Under the pieces are notes generated by a model. It had not been told where the DNA came from and did not search any database. It saw nothing but the letters and a program-made list of their open reading frames with translations. The position numbers were made by a program, and so were the translations under genes. Below, piece by piece: positions 23,680-34,627 of a DNA stretch of 64,000 bases. This stretch comes from Dipteris shenzhenensis (lineage: Eukaryota), in assembly GCA_047967505.1 (NCBI GenBank), contig CM106538.1; one strand, 5' to 3'. The stretch's first letter is position 1; each line of letters starts with the position of its first letter.

Positions 23680-26600
23680 TGTATGGCAGCCCATGTTCGG
23701 CCCTGATCTATCAGAATTAAGGCCAAGGTGGAGAGGCTTTGGTTGATGCAAAGGCATTAATTCAGCACTTTCCTTCTGTTGCACAGAAATGCCAATTATC
23801 CCCAAATGATCAATCTGCTTTTCAGGCTGCCCTTCATTGTTTGGCTGAGAATGATTAATGGAAGTTAAGAAAATGGCAGCTCTATTCTCATCAGAGGATA
23901 CAGACTTCGAAGACTTTCTCCAAGAGCCTTCATAGTTCTCTTTGCATCGGGTGCTGCATCAGAAGAATGGCTCTTGGACGATGAATAGACAACAGCTTGA
24001 TATGGTGGTGCAGAAATATTATTCTGATATGTTTGCAGCCCCTCCTCCTATCTTGCCTGTGGAGGCTAATGCCTGGCAATGTTTTCCTTCGAAATGTTCG
24101 ACCAATTCTTTCTCGAGAGGAAGCACGTAAGCTGGATCTGCCTTTTACTGCAGAAGAAATGAAGCAGCATTGTCTAAGTTGGGCACTCCTAAATTCCTGG
24201 GTTGGGATGGCCTCATCGTTGAATTTTTTGATGCATTTTGGGATCAACTGAGCCCTCTTCTGTTGCACATGATAAATGATGCATGGCTCTCTATCACTAT
24301 TCCTTCTTTGTGGAAAAAGGGATTGCTGCGTTTGAGTCCAGAAAAGCCCCTATGTCAATATATATAGCCAATTACACTGATGCATGTGGTGTATAAGCTA
24401 ATTTGTAAAATGTTGGTCTTGCACATATCACATTTCTTATACGTGGGCTTGCACCCTGCTCAGTATGGTTTTGTGCCCCGAAGGCAGATCACGGATAATA
24501 TTGCAAAAGCTTACATTGGCATTGAATATGCCAAATAGACCCATCAGGATGTTATATTATGCAAGTGGACACTGTTAGATGGGATTTTATTGCAACTGTT
24601 ATGCACCGGTTGGGCTTTGCTTTTTGGCTTTATGAACACGGCACTGCCTGTTGCTCTTATCTGAAGACTGATACCCTTTCTTCTTCTTGAACCTTGGGCC
24701 ACTCTGTTCATCAAGGATGTTCTCTTAGTGCCTTGCTTTTTGTTATCGCTACTCATCCATTGTTGTTAGCACTGGCTCTCCTAGAGACAGTGCTTTAGGA
24801 TTGAGTTGAGTGGGAGTTTTGTGATTATTCTTAGTTTTTAAGGAATTTTTATTAGGAATTTCTAAAATTCTTAACCTCTACTTTAGATGGATGTTGGCTT
24901 TTCAGCTTTTAACTTGTCTGTGGCTGTTGGCTTTTCAGCTTTTAGCTTGTGTGCGCTTTTTACCCCCTCCAACATGGCTATAAATCAATTCAGAGGCTCC
25001 ACTCTCCCTCCATGCTTGAGCTCTCCCTAGAACGATTGCCTTGGCTTCCTCCAGCTACAAGTCTTCAAGTCACTTCAAGCTTTCCGGTTGCTCATCCAAG
25101 TCTCATGTGTTCGTTTGTGAGCAAGGTGCTAAAGCCGATTCGCCTGTTAACTGTTGAAGCCGTTGCCTTGGAAAAAAAAATTAATATCCAAAAAGCCGTT
25201 TGCCAGAAAAGCAAGTTTGCTTGTTTAAAAAAATCAGTTTTCCAGTCGAAAGGGCTTTATGCCAACCAAACTGGCTTTATGCCTGCCTAACGGGCTTTAT
25301 GCCTACCGGTGAAGAGATTGTCGTCTACTGGATCTGTTTATAAAAATAAAGCCAAAAAAAAACCCAGAAAGTTGACATCAAAACTTTCCAGGTATCATTC
25401 GTAAAACCTTCAAGGAAAAATAACGCTGATTTATCTTTCAGTTTTAAATTATAGTTTTTTTTTTAAAGGCAGTGGCTTTGCAGTCAGTGTGAGAGCATGC
25501 AAATAACTATAGAACCTTGGCAAAGCCTAATGGATCTTGCGAGTCCTCAAAGCGTTTCTTTTTTATTATTTCTTACTAAACAATCGATAGTGTCTAAAGA
25601 CCCTTAAAACCCACAAGTTGGAGCGAAGTGCTTTCGTGCATACATGCACCCTTGTTACACATGGATGATTTGGTTTCGCAGCAGTGTCTGCATGGCATTG
25701 ATTTTCTTGGAGGTACACCTTTTGTAAGCCAGGCCTATGCTGATGATTCTTTCCATGGAACTCACAAGCCGATGCTAGGCACCCTATGCAGGTGTTTAAT
25801 GTGTTGGGTATGGCAGCTCGGCTGAAAGTTAATTTCACTAAATCCAAACTTTTGCCTCTGCCTCAGTGTGATTGGCATCGTCTTTTGTGGCCTGGCCTCT
25901 TGCTCCCTCCCGATTAGGTTGTGCGTCATTTAGGTTACCCTATTGGTGGATGGCATATCTCTTTGCTGCTACAAGAGATGATTTGGGTGTTACAAAGCTT
26001 CTTCTTTAACTAGATTATTGGAAATTGTCTACTTGGCCACTGCATGTTTGCCTTTCGATAGTACAGTCCATCCTCATGGCATAGTGAAGTTTCATTTGTT
26101 GCTTACTTCTTGGTCTTCTCTAGACATTCAACCAAGGTTATGGAATGTCTTGGGCACACCAGATCTAATTGTAAGGCATTCCAACTTCTTAAATACAATC
26201 ATGTTTGTTTGCCCTGGATGCATGGGGTTTGAACATTCTTAATCTTCACACTCATATGTTAGCTCACAAGGTCACGCTCTTGATCATCTTTTTAGAGAAA
26301 CATCAGCCATGGGCTATTATGCTTTCGTGTATTGTTGGCTCTCTCCGTACAAATACTTTTCGCCATTGGATTCCTGCAATTTTTTGTGTTTTTTTTGGGA
26401 ACTTACATGGTCGTATTACATGCTTCCCTTTTCCACTCGCTTGATTCATGAGTGGCAGCAATTTTCGGCCCATTTGCATTGGTCGGGCCTTCCTCCAGAT
26501 ACAAGGAACACCCTCCTCCACCTGCAAGGCATCCATTAAAGCTGTGTGTTTACTCCCCTTGGGCCCATCTTCAAGAAGGCATATTTCTTGCATCGTTTGG

Positions 26601-27510
26601 GAGGCTATACCGTGGATGACGTGGTGGATGATTAGGCTTTCACACTCTCTTTTCCTCAAGCCACGAGACAATTTTGCTTGGGGATGCATCACAAGTTGAT
26701 ATGACGTATCCACAATACCATATTGCAGCCTTTTCAGCCTGTCCCCCATTTGTTTACTACTCTTCCTTTTCTAGATTGTACGTTTGATCAGGGACTTCCA
26801 CGCTATTCTCCTTTCTCTTTTGTGGATCTTTCTATCAAGCAAGCTTACCATTTGGCGCTTCCATAGCCATGGATACAAGAGCATGGGAATCCTTTTGGCA
26901 CCTTGACAAATCTCTTTCTTAATGGAAGGTTTATCTTCAGCGCATCTCGGGCAATAAATTCCACTTCGGTGGTGGGTTTTGTTGTGGCACGTTTGGTAGG
27001 TGCTTTATGGTGGGATCTCAGTTGGCTGCCCGGCGCATAGCTTCTGGGGCTTGCCCTACCTGTTCACATCCGAGGGAGACTCTTCTGCATCTACTCTAGA
27101 CTTGCCCTACTACTAATGATACTCTTCCCAGGCCCAATGCTTATCTCCGTGCTCGTTTTCCCAAGATCTCTTTTGGCATGCAGTTCTAGTTGTTAGGTAG
27201 ATATACCTCTGCGCCAGACTATGTTCAGTTTTTCTACTGGTGTCGATATTGGGCATTGTGGTCATTATATCATGCCCGTAACATTCAACTATACGGGCAC
27301 TCTTTGGTGGATGTTTATCACTTCTTTCGATCCTCCCTGTATCGATCTCTCCAAGATGCACATTCTCTTGGAGATCTCCTTGGCCCAATTGGATGTGTGC
27401 TATCATTGTTTCTAGTTTTTTTTTTTTTGGGAGTCGTAACTATACCACTCTGGGGCATCTATAAATGTACATTCTTTCTTACAGGTATACTTTTCACCCA
27501 AAAAAGAAAA
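23680..27510 (+). mobile_element. Degraded L1-type LINE (ORF2 to 3' end), split by an 889-bp insertion
   Basis: GWDGLIVEFFDAFWDQL, QGCSLSALLFVIATHPLL then LHMDDLV...QAYADDS after the insertion, YWALWSL; A-rich tail 27500-27510 followed by TA/TG repeat. Confidence 0.88.
24767..25655 (+). mobile_element. Non-coding insertion with Helitron2/Helentron-like (HINE-like) ends
   Basis: Removing it restores the LINE codons CCA TTG TTG T^TA CAC ATG; 5' hairpin AGCACTG...CAGTGCT (24768-24794); 3' imperfect subterminal inverted repeat GAGCGAAGTGCT (25621-25632); 3' stem-loop GTGCAT-AC-ATGCAC (25636-25649); CTTGT end. Confidence 0.7.
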
Positions 27511-27722
27511 CTATATGTATATGTATGTATGTATATATGTGTACATATCCCATCTATCATGTAATTCGTACCTTGGTACTCTATCGTTTTGAAAAGAATA
27601 TGTTAATGTTTCATTGTTTTAAAAAAGATAACTTGGTGGAGATTAAGGTTTGAGAAGCAAATAAATGTGCTGAAAGCTTGATACAAATTTTGGATGCGTG
27701 CGCGTGTGCACACACACACACG

Positions 27723-28630
27723 TTTTTTTAAAGTGAAATCTTTATATTTCTGTGTGGGAAACCTCAAAAGAAGTAAAAACCCACCAATAAGTACAAGGAA
27801 AAAGTTTTTACAAGTAAAACCTCAGAGCAAAAGTCATGAGGTAGCCAAGTAAAAAGTTACATATCAAGCTAGAGGAGAATCAAACACAGCATCCTCCAGC
27901 TTCAAATTGTTGCTCTGTAAAAACTAATGCAGTGATGAAACCACACCATCAATAAAAACAAGCTGTTTTTTGCCCTTGTGATTCTTCTTGATATAGGGTG
28001 GTACCCGAAATTTTGGAATCAGAGGGTCAAAAACCTGTTGTAGCATGGGATGAAAAGATTCCAGTAAAAAAGGTACTTCTGCATCCCTGACAGAAGAAGA
28101 CTCTGGCACAGGCATCAAAGGCAAAGAAGCTAAATCAACATCCGTATCTTCCGATGAAAAAGCTGCATCTGATGAAGTAGGATTCAGCATTTGAGCTTCA
28201 TTCGGAAGATCAATCTGAGTAAGAGCAGGGGCAGTATCCTGAGAGAGAGCATGCATATCATCCTGTAAATTGCCCTCTGCAGGAGGTACATCCATATCCT
28301 GAGTAGAAGGCGACTGATGGTGCTCAACAAGGGTGCAATCCTGAGCTTCTTCAGCAAGAGGAAGATTTGCCTGTGATTTATCAACCTTCCTCCAGTAGTG
28401 CTTCGGAGCAGTAGAGGGCTTCGCCAAAGAAACCATAGCAGAAACTGGAGGAGAAGGGAGAGTAACCTTGACGGCTGAAGAAGGAGCAAGTGGTATAGGC
28501 CTGGATAGAGAAGGGCAAGCACGTGCAAAATGACCAACCTGTCGGCACCGATAACATGCAGTGGGAAAAGATGCAAAATGGAACCTGATGCGCATCGGAT
28601 GAGCAAATCCCAAATCAAGATCCAAAGTCC
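27723..28630 (-). mobile_element. LINE ORF1-only retroposon fragment (HAL1-like), 5'-truncated
   Basis: ORF with knuckle CYRCRQVGHFARAC and Pro/acidic tail, stop at 27924-27926, about 200 nt UTR, AATATAAA (27741-27748), A7 tail (27723-27729), then (GT)n; no ORF2 between stop and tail. Confidence 0.7.
27924..28628 (-). CDS. LINE ORF1-like protein, C-terminal part with CCHC zinc knuckle
   Basis: Open frame of about 235 codons, CX2CX4HX4C preceded by IRFHFASFPTA as in plant L1 ORF1 proteins. Confidence 0.7.
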   Translation of the reverse strand, partial: TLDLDLGFAHPMRIRFHFASFPTACYRCRQVGHFARACPSLSRPIPLAPSSAVKVTLPSPPVSAMVSLAKPSTAPKHYWRKVDKSQANLPLAEEAQDCTLVEHHQSPSTQDMDVPPAEGNLQDDMHALSQDTAPALTQIDLPNEAQMLNPTSSDAAFSSEDTDVDLASLPLMPVPESSSVRDAEVPFLLESFHPMLQQVFDPLIPKFRVPPYIKKNHKGKKQLVFIDGVVSSLH

Positions 28631-28746
28631 CCCCCCCCCACACACACATACACACTTTTTTTGGTAAAATCCAGTGTATTTATATTCTCATAAATTTACT
28701 CCCACACACTGACATTAGACTCCAAAAGAGAGCCCAATGGAAGAAC

Positions 28747-31700
28747 TCAAAAACAGGTAGAGAACACTTCAAGGCTAGTAGCATCCAAGTCCCTTGCAGC
28801 AAAACTATCATATAAGGATTGCTTAAGGGACATTCTCAAGAAAATATATGCTTGAGGAAACTGTTGATCCATCTTAGAATGCAGTCTCTGTGTCCAAATG
28901 GTCCATAGTACCCAAAAGCGAGTCCAGTGAAAGAAGAGGAGATCCAAACATCTAGAAGAGTTTCCCAAATCTGATAGAGGGAAACCGAACCCGCAGCAAA
29001 TGAGAAACATGAGTGATCAATATGCGAGAGTGTGGGCAAGACCATAATAGGTGAGGAACTGTCTCACAGTGATGAGAGCAACGGGGGCAGGAAGGGGAAG
29101 CAATGCGGCGTGCTGCCAATTTCACCCCAATGGAAAAAGCTCCCACTATACATCTCCAAAAGAAAAGCCTCTGTTTTGGCTTTCCAGATTTTCATGAGTC
29201 GTGATTGCCACCAAGATAAAGGCCTATCCAAATTCCAAAGAGTGTTGGAATGCTTGTCAATCCATGGCGGTGGAAGAAGAAATCTGTAGACCTTTGAGGA
29301 GGTCAGATTGTGCATTGAGAGCGTATGGGTAGCAGGAGGTAAGGAAGTCAAATTCTAGTCCATTAATCTGTCCTGTACAAACAGTGGAGGAACCGGAACA
29401 AAAGGCTGCAACATAGTTGAAAGTATTCTCCAAATGGACCTATGATGCAGACCCAAGGAGAATGTCCTGCAAGCTTGTGGAAATGAAAGCATACAACCTT
29501 GTTGATCCACAACATCACCAACAAATCTTATGCCCAATTTCATGAGATTGTATGCTTTAATAGGTGCCTGTAAAGCGAGAGGCAATTCAAACACCTTGCT
29601 CCAATGGATGCTTTCCAAGCGAAAAGAATTACCATGATGAGAGGAAGCACCTGTCCATTTTGCATATGAGAGAATTCTCTTCCAATCATGAATAAAAGCA
29701 GTAGAAATAGGACAACCAGGAATTTTCCCCTGAAATGTGGTCATGACTGCTTCCCAGTGATCTGTAATCCAATGCCCATATGCATGGGACGCCATGTTTC
29801 CACACATAGCTGCTAACATAATAGCCCATGGCTGTTTTTGCTGAAAAAAATCAGCAATCATAGTGCTTTTTCTTGCCAACATGTGAACCTGGAGATTGAG
29901 AATATTCAGCCCCCCATGAGTCTTGGGTGAACAAATAGACTGCATAGGTAGTAATCGCAAAGCCTTTTTATGAGATTTGCTTTTCCAAAATATCTCCATA
30001 GCCTGGGACATATAGGTAGCCAAATGCTTGAAAGACCAAGGAAGAAGAGGCAAATAAAATTGCACATATGCCATAATGATGGACTGTACTATCCGAAGTC
30101 GAACATGTAGAGGCCAAGTGGACAAATGCCAGTATTCCAGCTTCTTGTTGATCTTTTGAAGCACCCATTTGAGCTGTTGTTGCGGGGTAATATTCCAGCC
30201 AATGGGGTAGCCTAGATGCCTGACAATAGTATGGGAAGAGATAATGTGACCTAGCCAGAGAAGTGCATGCCAATCAGCTTCTTTCAAAGCTAGAAGTTTT
30301 GATTTCTGAAAATTGATATGCAGTCCAGCAGCTATGCCAAAGTCATTCAGTGTACATCAAGTGAGAAAGGTCACTTTGAGAATTCCTGGGCATAAAGTAT
30401 GAATCATCAGCATATGCCTGTAAAAGAAATGACTGTGCCCCTGGAATTTGCAAGCCATGAAGCTGTCCTGTATCTGCGAGATAGTCCATATGCAACAGCT
30501 TGACAACCCACCACCAAGCAAGCACTGCGCCGTGGCCTGAGAATAGAGCCAGTAGATGATATGGACGAGCCGAGGACCAAATCCCAATTTATGCATAGTC
30601 TGAGAGATAAAATCCCAATGGACAGTATCAAATGCTTTCGCAATGTCTACTTGCAGAATGAGAACATCTTGTTTAGAATATTTGGCATACTCAATCGCAA
30701 GCAAGGCATTGGAGATATTGTCAGTGATCTGCCTTCTGGGGACAAACCCATACTACCTAGGATGAAGTCCTGCTTGCAAAAAGAAGCGAACCCTGAGGAC
30801 AATCATTTAAGCAATGAGTTTGTAAATGACAGGCATGAGAGATATAGGCCACCAATCAGCCATCCTCTCACACAACCTTTTTTTGGGAATCAATTTTACT
30901 AGGCCATGTTTCCAGGATGGAGGAAGAGATTGTTCTGCCCAAGCATGATTGATCATTAGAAGAAGAGTGTTCTTGAGATCACCCCAAAATGCACGGAAAA
31001 ATTCAACAGTCAATCCATCCCAACCAGGAGAGCTGCTTTTGCGTAGATGACTCAAGGCATCATCCAGTTCACTAAGCATAAAAGGCTGCTCCAATGCATG
31101 GGCCTGTTCCCGAGACAATATGGGCTGGACATGCATAAGAAATTGAGACCTAGCTGCATTCACTTGCATCAAATGATCAGGCTGAAGAGAAAGGAGATGC
31201 TGGAAATGACTAGAACATTGCAATTCCAATTCTGATTTGGAAGTGGTCCAGGTGCCATCATCTTTCTTGATCCTGCAAATATCCTCCTTTCGCCTATCCG
31301 CATGGAGACTTTTAAAAAAGGCTTTGGAGGAGCAGCCCTTATCCAAAAGGGGTTTCATGCGAGCTCGGATTTGCCACTTCTTTAATTTGCGAAGATCATT
31401 TTGGTGAATGATATGAACCGCATAAGCACAAGAATCCTGCTCAGAAGAGGTAAGCTGCCTATGAAAACTGATTGCATCCATTTGCTGCTTGTGAGATTGA
31501 GCCCATTTCAGCTTAAGCCTGAGGTTTCCCATGTAACTCCGTCCATAGTCTTGAATAACAGCCTGTAAGCGATGAGCAAGACTGATCCAAGCAAAATCCA
31601 TATCCTCCTGAGCATGTAAGAGGAGGGGACGGACAGCCACTCTCACCATGTTCTGAAATTGTTGATGAAGCAAATAAGCACTATTAACATGGAGCAGGCG

Positions 31701-32447
31701 ACGACCAAAAAAAGGCATATCATCTATCAGACGTGCTAGTGATAATGTCAAGCATACTGGAAAATGATCAGATAGCAAGAGGGAGTGATCAACCCATAAT
31801 GTACATGTAAAATCAGCATACTGCTGAGCATGCAGCAAATACCATCTGTCAAGTCGAGCCCAGTAATGAGTAAAGGCATTGTGATGATATGTATAACCCA
31901 TATCTGTGTCCCTTGTTGAGAACCATAGATCTTCTGCATGCAGAGATGAGAGCATATCTTCCCAATGTCGAAGCTCAGTGGGGATCATGTGAGAACGATG
32001 AGTGGTATTGTCTTGAGTGGCAGGCGAGTTGTTAAAGTCTCCACACAAAAAAGCATTGGACAGCCATGGATATTGTTTGAGGGAGGCCCACATTTGAGCT
32101 CTAGTCGCAAAGGTTTGTGAGGCATAAACAGATGCTATTTCATAGAGATCAGCCTGCCAAATGCACCTGATCACCATCCATCGACCCTGAGGGTCATTGT
32201 AAGCAACCGTGGGCTGTATATCATGTTTTACCAGCATGCAAACCCCCGAAAAGTGCATTGTACCAGCATAAAAAATATCATAACCAGCATAGTGGCCTTG
32301 CTGGCCAGCCAAGAAGTGTTGGTTGTGTTCCTGTAAAGAGATCACATCGGGATGCATTCTATGTACATAATGCCAGAAAAGTCTCCACTTATTGACATTG
32401 CAAAGACCCTGAACATTGTATGTGATGCAAGTAATTGAAGTAGACAT
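28747..32447 (-). pseudogene. LINE ORF2: AP endonuclease, reverse transcriptase, C-terminal Cys domain; disrupted
   Basis: YNVQGL, LQEH, SVYA, GDFN, RLDRWY, SDHFPV (endonuclease); SPGWDGL, DIAKAFD, YADD (RT); CPRC...HLLWSC; the QGCPLS block is deleted near 30505. Confidence 0.92.
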
Positions 32448-32494
32448 AGAAGATATGTACAGTCTAACCAAAAAGCAGAGTAAAGTATAAGCTG

Positions 32495-33700
32495 TCAGGC
32501 CTCAGCCATGACATCAACATCCACCTGCGCTCCTGGATCATTAGCTCTATGATCCTCATCATTGTCACATACAAGGATGCCTCTTTTTAACACATCAACC
32601 CACAGTTGAGAAGCAAGGCTGTCAGCGGGGGTAGAGGTCTAACCACGGGTAGAAGTTGAAGCATCCCAATGGCGAGATTGTAATGGACGTGGTTTGAGAG
32701 CGAATACCTTTTTGGGTTGTTGCCAGGCACCCTGGGGAGAGGCATGAGATTCTAAAATTTTGCCCTTCCCCTTATCCTTTTGCTTAGCTGAAACCTGAAC
32801 CACATTTTCTTTGGAAGGGATAGATTTGGGAGCCACATCACCCAGTTTGGTAGGCATTGCCTTAGACCCCGGGGCATAAGTTGGGGGGGGAGTATTTTCT
32901 GGAGCAATAGCTGTGGGTGGGAGCTGATGCAGGACTGCAGGACACTATGAGGCTAAGTGGCCAAACTTATGGCATGTGAAACAAGCACCTGCAAAAACTC
33001 CCCATTTCAAATCAAAATATTTTTCACCGAGGGGAACATCCTCCACTTCTACCGCAATGGAAGGAGGGGTCGGGTGATCTGTATCCCAAAGAATACAAAA
33101 GCGATTGCGATTACCCGAAGGACGGGGTGGGCATACAACTTGCCCCGAAGTGGCTGCCAAACTTGGTAACTCAGCCCTCATATAGTCCGGAAAATCCACT
33201 ACCTCAACCCATACGGGGCAGTGATGTCGAATGAGGTTGTGGTAATCCTTGTTTGGCGACCATGGCATGACATGCACCATTTGTCTGCCATAGAATAAGG
33301 GCGACATCTCCAATATCTGTTGACGATATGAGGCATCCGAAAAGTGCACTTCATAAAAACCCCTAGAAGCAAAGTATACTCCTTCAACAAAGCAGCCTCC
33401 CAACAATGCTTGAACCCACTGGGCCACATCATTTGCTGAAGGTAACTTTCCTGGGAAAAAAATGATAACTGCTTGCTGAGAGAACTTTCGAAGAGGAGCA
33501 ACCAATGAAGGCAGCTTCAACTTGTATTTGATGGCCGGGGGAGGTTTGGCCCACTCCTTCCGGCTGTGATGAAATTCATCTTTAAGCATGTCAAAAACAT
33601 AGTGAGCGTCTACAGAATCTGCAGTAGAGAAATCAACTTGCTGTCTTTTGGAGTCCCGGGTCGACTCCTTACGAGAGTAACTTTTGAACTGGTCCTCCAT
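32495..33700 (-). pseudogene. LINE ORF1 (DUF4283-like domain plus zinc knuckle), 402 codons with two in-frame TAG stops
   Basis: ATG at 33700 (MEDQFK); RGFYEVHF, MPWSP, PVWVEV, CFTCHKFGHLAS*C; one frame continues to TGA at 32495-32497 through stops at 32945 and 32639. Confidence 0.85.
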
Positions 33701-33747
33701 GAAGAGAAACAGGGCAGGATTGATGAAATGGCAGAAGCAGAGCATAA

Positions 33748-34090
33748 CTGTACGGACAAGGAACAGGCTGAAAGTACGAACTGTACGGAATGTACAAATC
33801 GTACGGATGTACGGAAGAGAGTCTGAGGGGGTGGAGTCGTACGGAAGGTGACAGGAAGCGCAGAGGCTGTACGGAGTGCAGAGATGGAAGGAGCGGCTGA
33901 CGCAAAAAGGCGAGGCAGGCTGTACGAAAAAGGACGAAGGGTACGGCTATACAGCGGGGACGAAGGTCGAAGGACGAGCAGATGTGGCGGGGCTGCGCAG
34001 GGAAGAAGCGAGCTGTCTGTACGGCGTCCGTACAGTTGTACGGGCAGAGCGCGGGACTGAACGGAAGCCTGACGCGGACCTGTACGGAGG
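33748..34090 (-). repeat. Dispersed GTAC(G) motif cluster in LINE 5' UTR
   Basis: About 14 GTAC cores in about 340 bp by hand count, mostly GTACGG on the + strand. Confidence 0.85.
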
Positions 34091-34155
34091 CTTGGGGAGG
34101 CTGAGCAGCAACCCTCACGACCTTCCAACACCACACACCACCACACCATTCCAAT

Positions 34156-34216
34156 ACACACACACACACCACACACACATACACACACACACATATATAT
34201 ATAGAGAGAGAGAGAG
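34156..34216 (+). repeat. Compound (CA)n(TA)n(GA)n microsatellite
   Basis: Direct reading. Confidence 0.95.
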
Positions 34217-34221
34217 CCTGT

Positions 34222-34614
34222 TGTCATGATTTGTGACGTATTCCTTTCTTTATGACTTATGGATGGTTTGATGAATGGACACTTGTGGAAGGGTATGCTC
34301 TTTCGACGGGACAATTCCTATGAGGCACAACCTTTCACAAGAGACATTCTATTGAAAAGACACTCCTATTGTAATGTACCCTCTCATCAAGGGTCACACC
34401 CTTCACAAGGGGTACACACCTCTTCATGCACATACACTTTGGAGTACACACCTTTTCATGTGTGACTCTTCACTCTCTATATAAGAGAGGCCCAACTGTA
34501 TGGATGACACTACAGACACTCAAGCAATACAAATATTCCTTGTTCTCTCCTATTTCAGTCTCCTTTCTGTTCCTTAGCACATTTCTAAATATAGTAAATC
34601 TAGGATTTCTTATA
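34222..34614 (+). repeat. 5' LTR of chromovirus
   Basis: Direct repeat of 41206..41604; TG...TA (CA mutated); TATA-like CTATATAAG near 34477. Confidence 0.95.
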
Positions 34615-34615
34615 G

Positions 34616-34627
34616 TGGTGTCAGAGC
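34616..34627 (+). promoter_or_regulatory. Primer-binding site, tRNA-iMet type (one mismatch)
   Basis: TGGTGTCAGAGC versus canonical TGGTATCAGAGC, 1 nt after the LTR. Confidence 0.85.

Larger units (their letters stand above)
28656..34168 (-). mobile_element. Near full-length L1-clade LINE (5' UTR, ORF1, ORF2, A-tail) with 18-bp TSD in a (CA)n tract
   Basis: A7 tail at 28656-28662; AATATAAA at 28679-28686; identical CCACACACACATACACAC at 28638-28655 and 34169-34186; ORF1 then ORF2 in canonical order. Confidence 0.93.

Noticed and set aside
33566-34314. ORFs of 117-234 aa over the LINE 5' UTR
   Set aside because: They cross microsatellite and GC-rich motif DNA and span unrelated elements.
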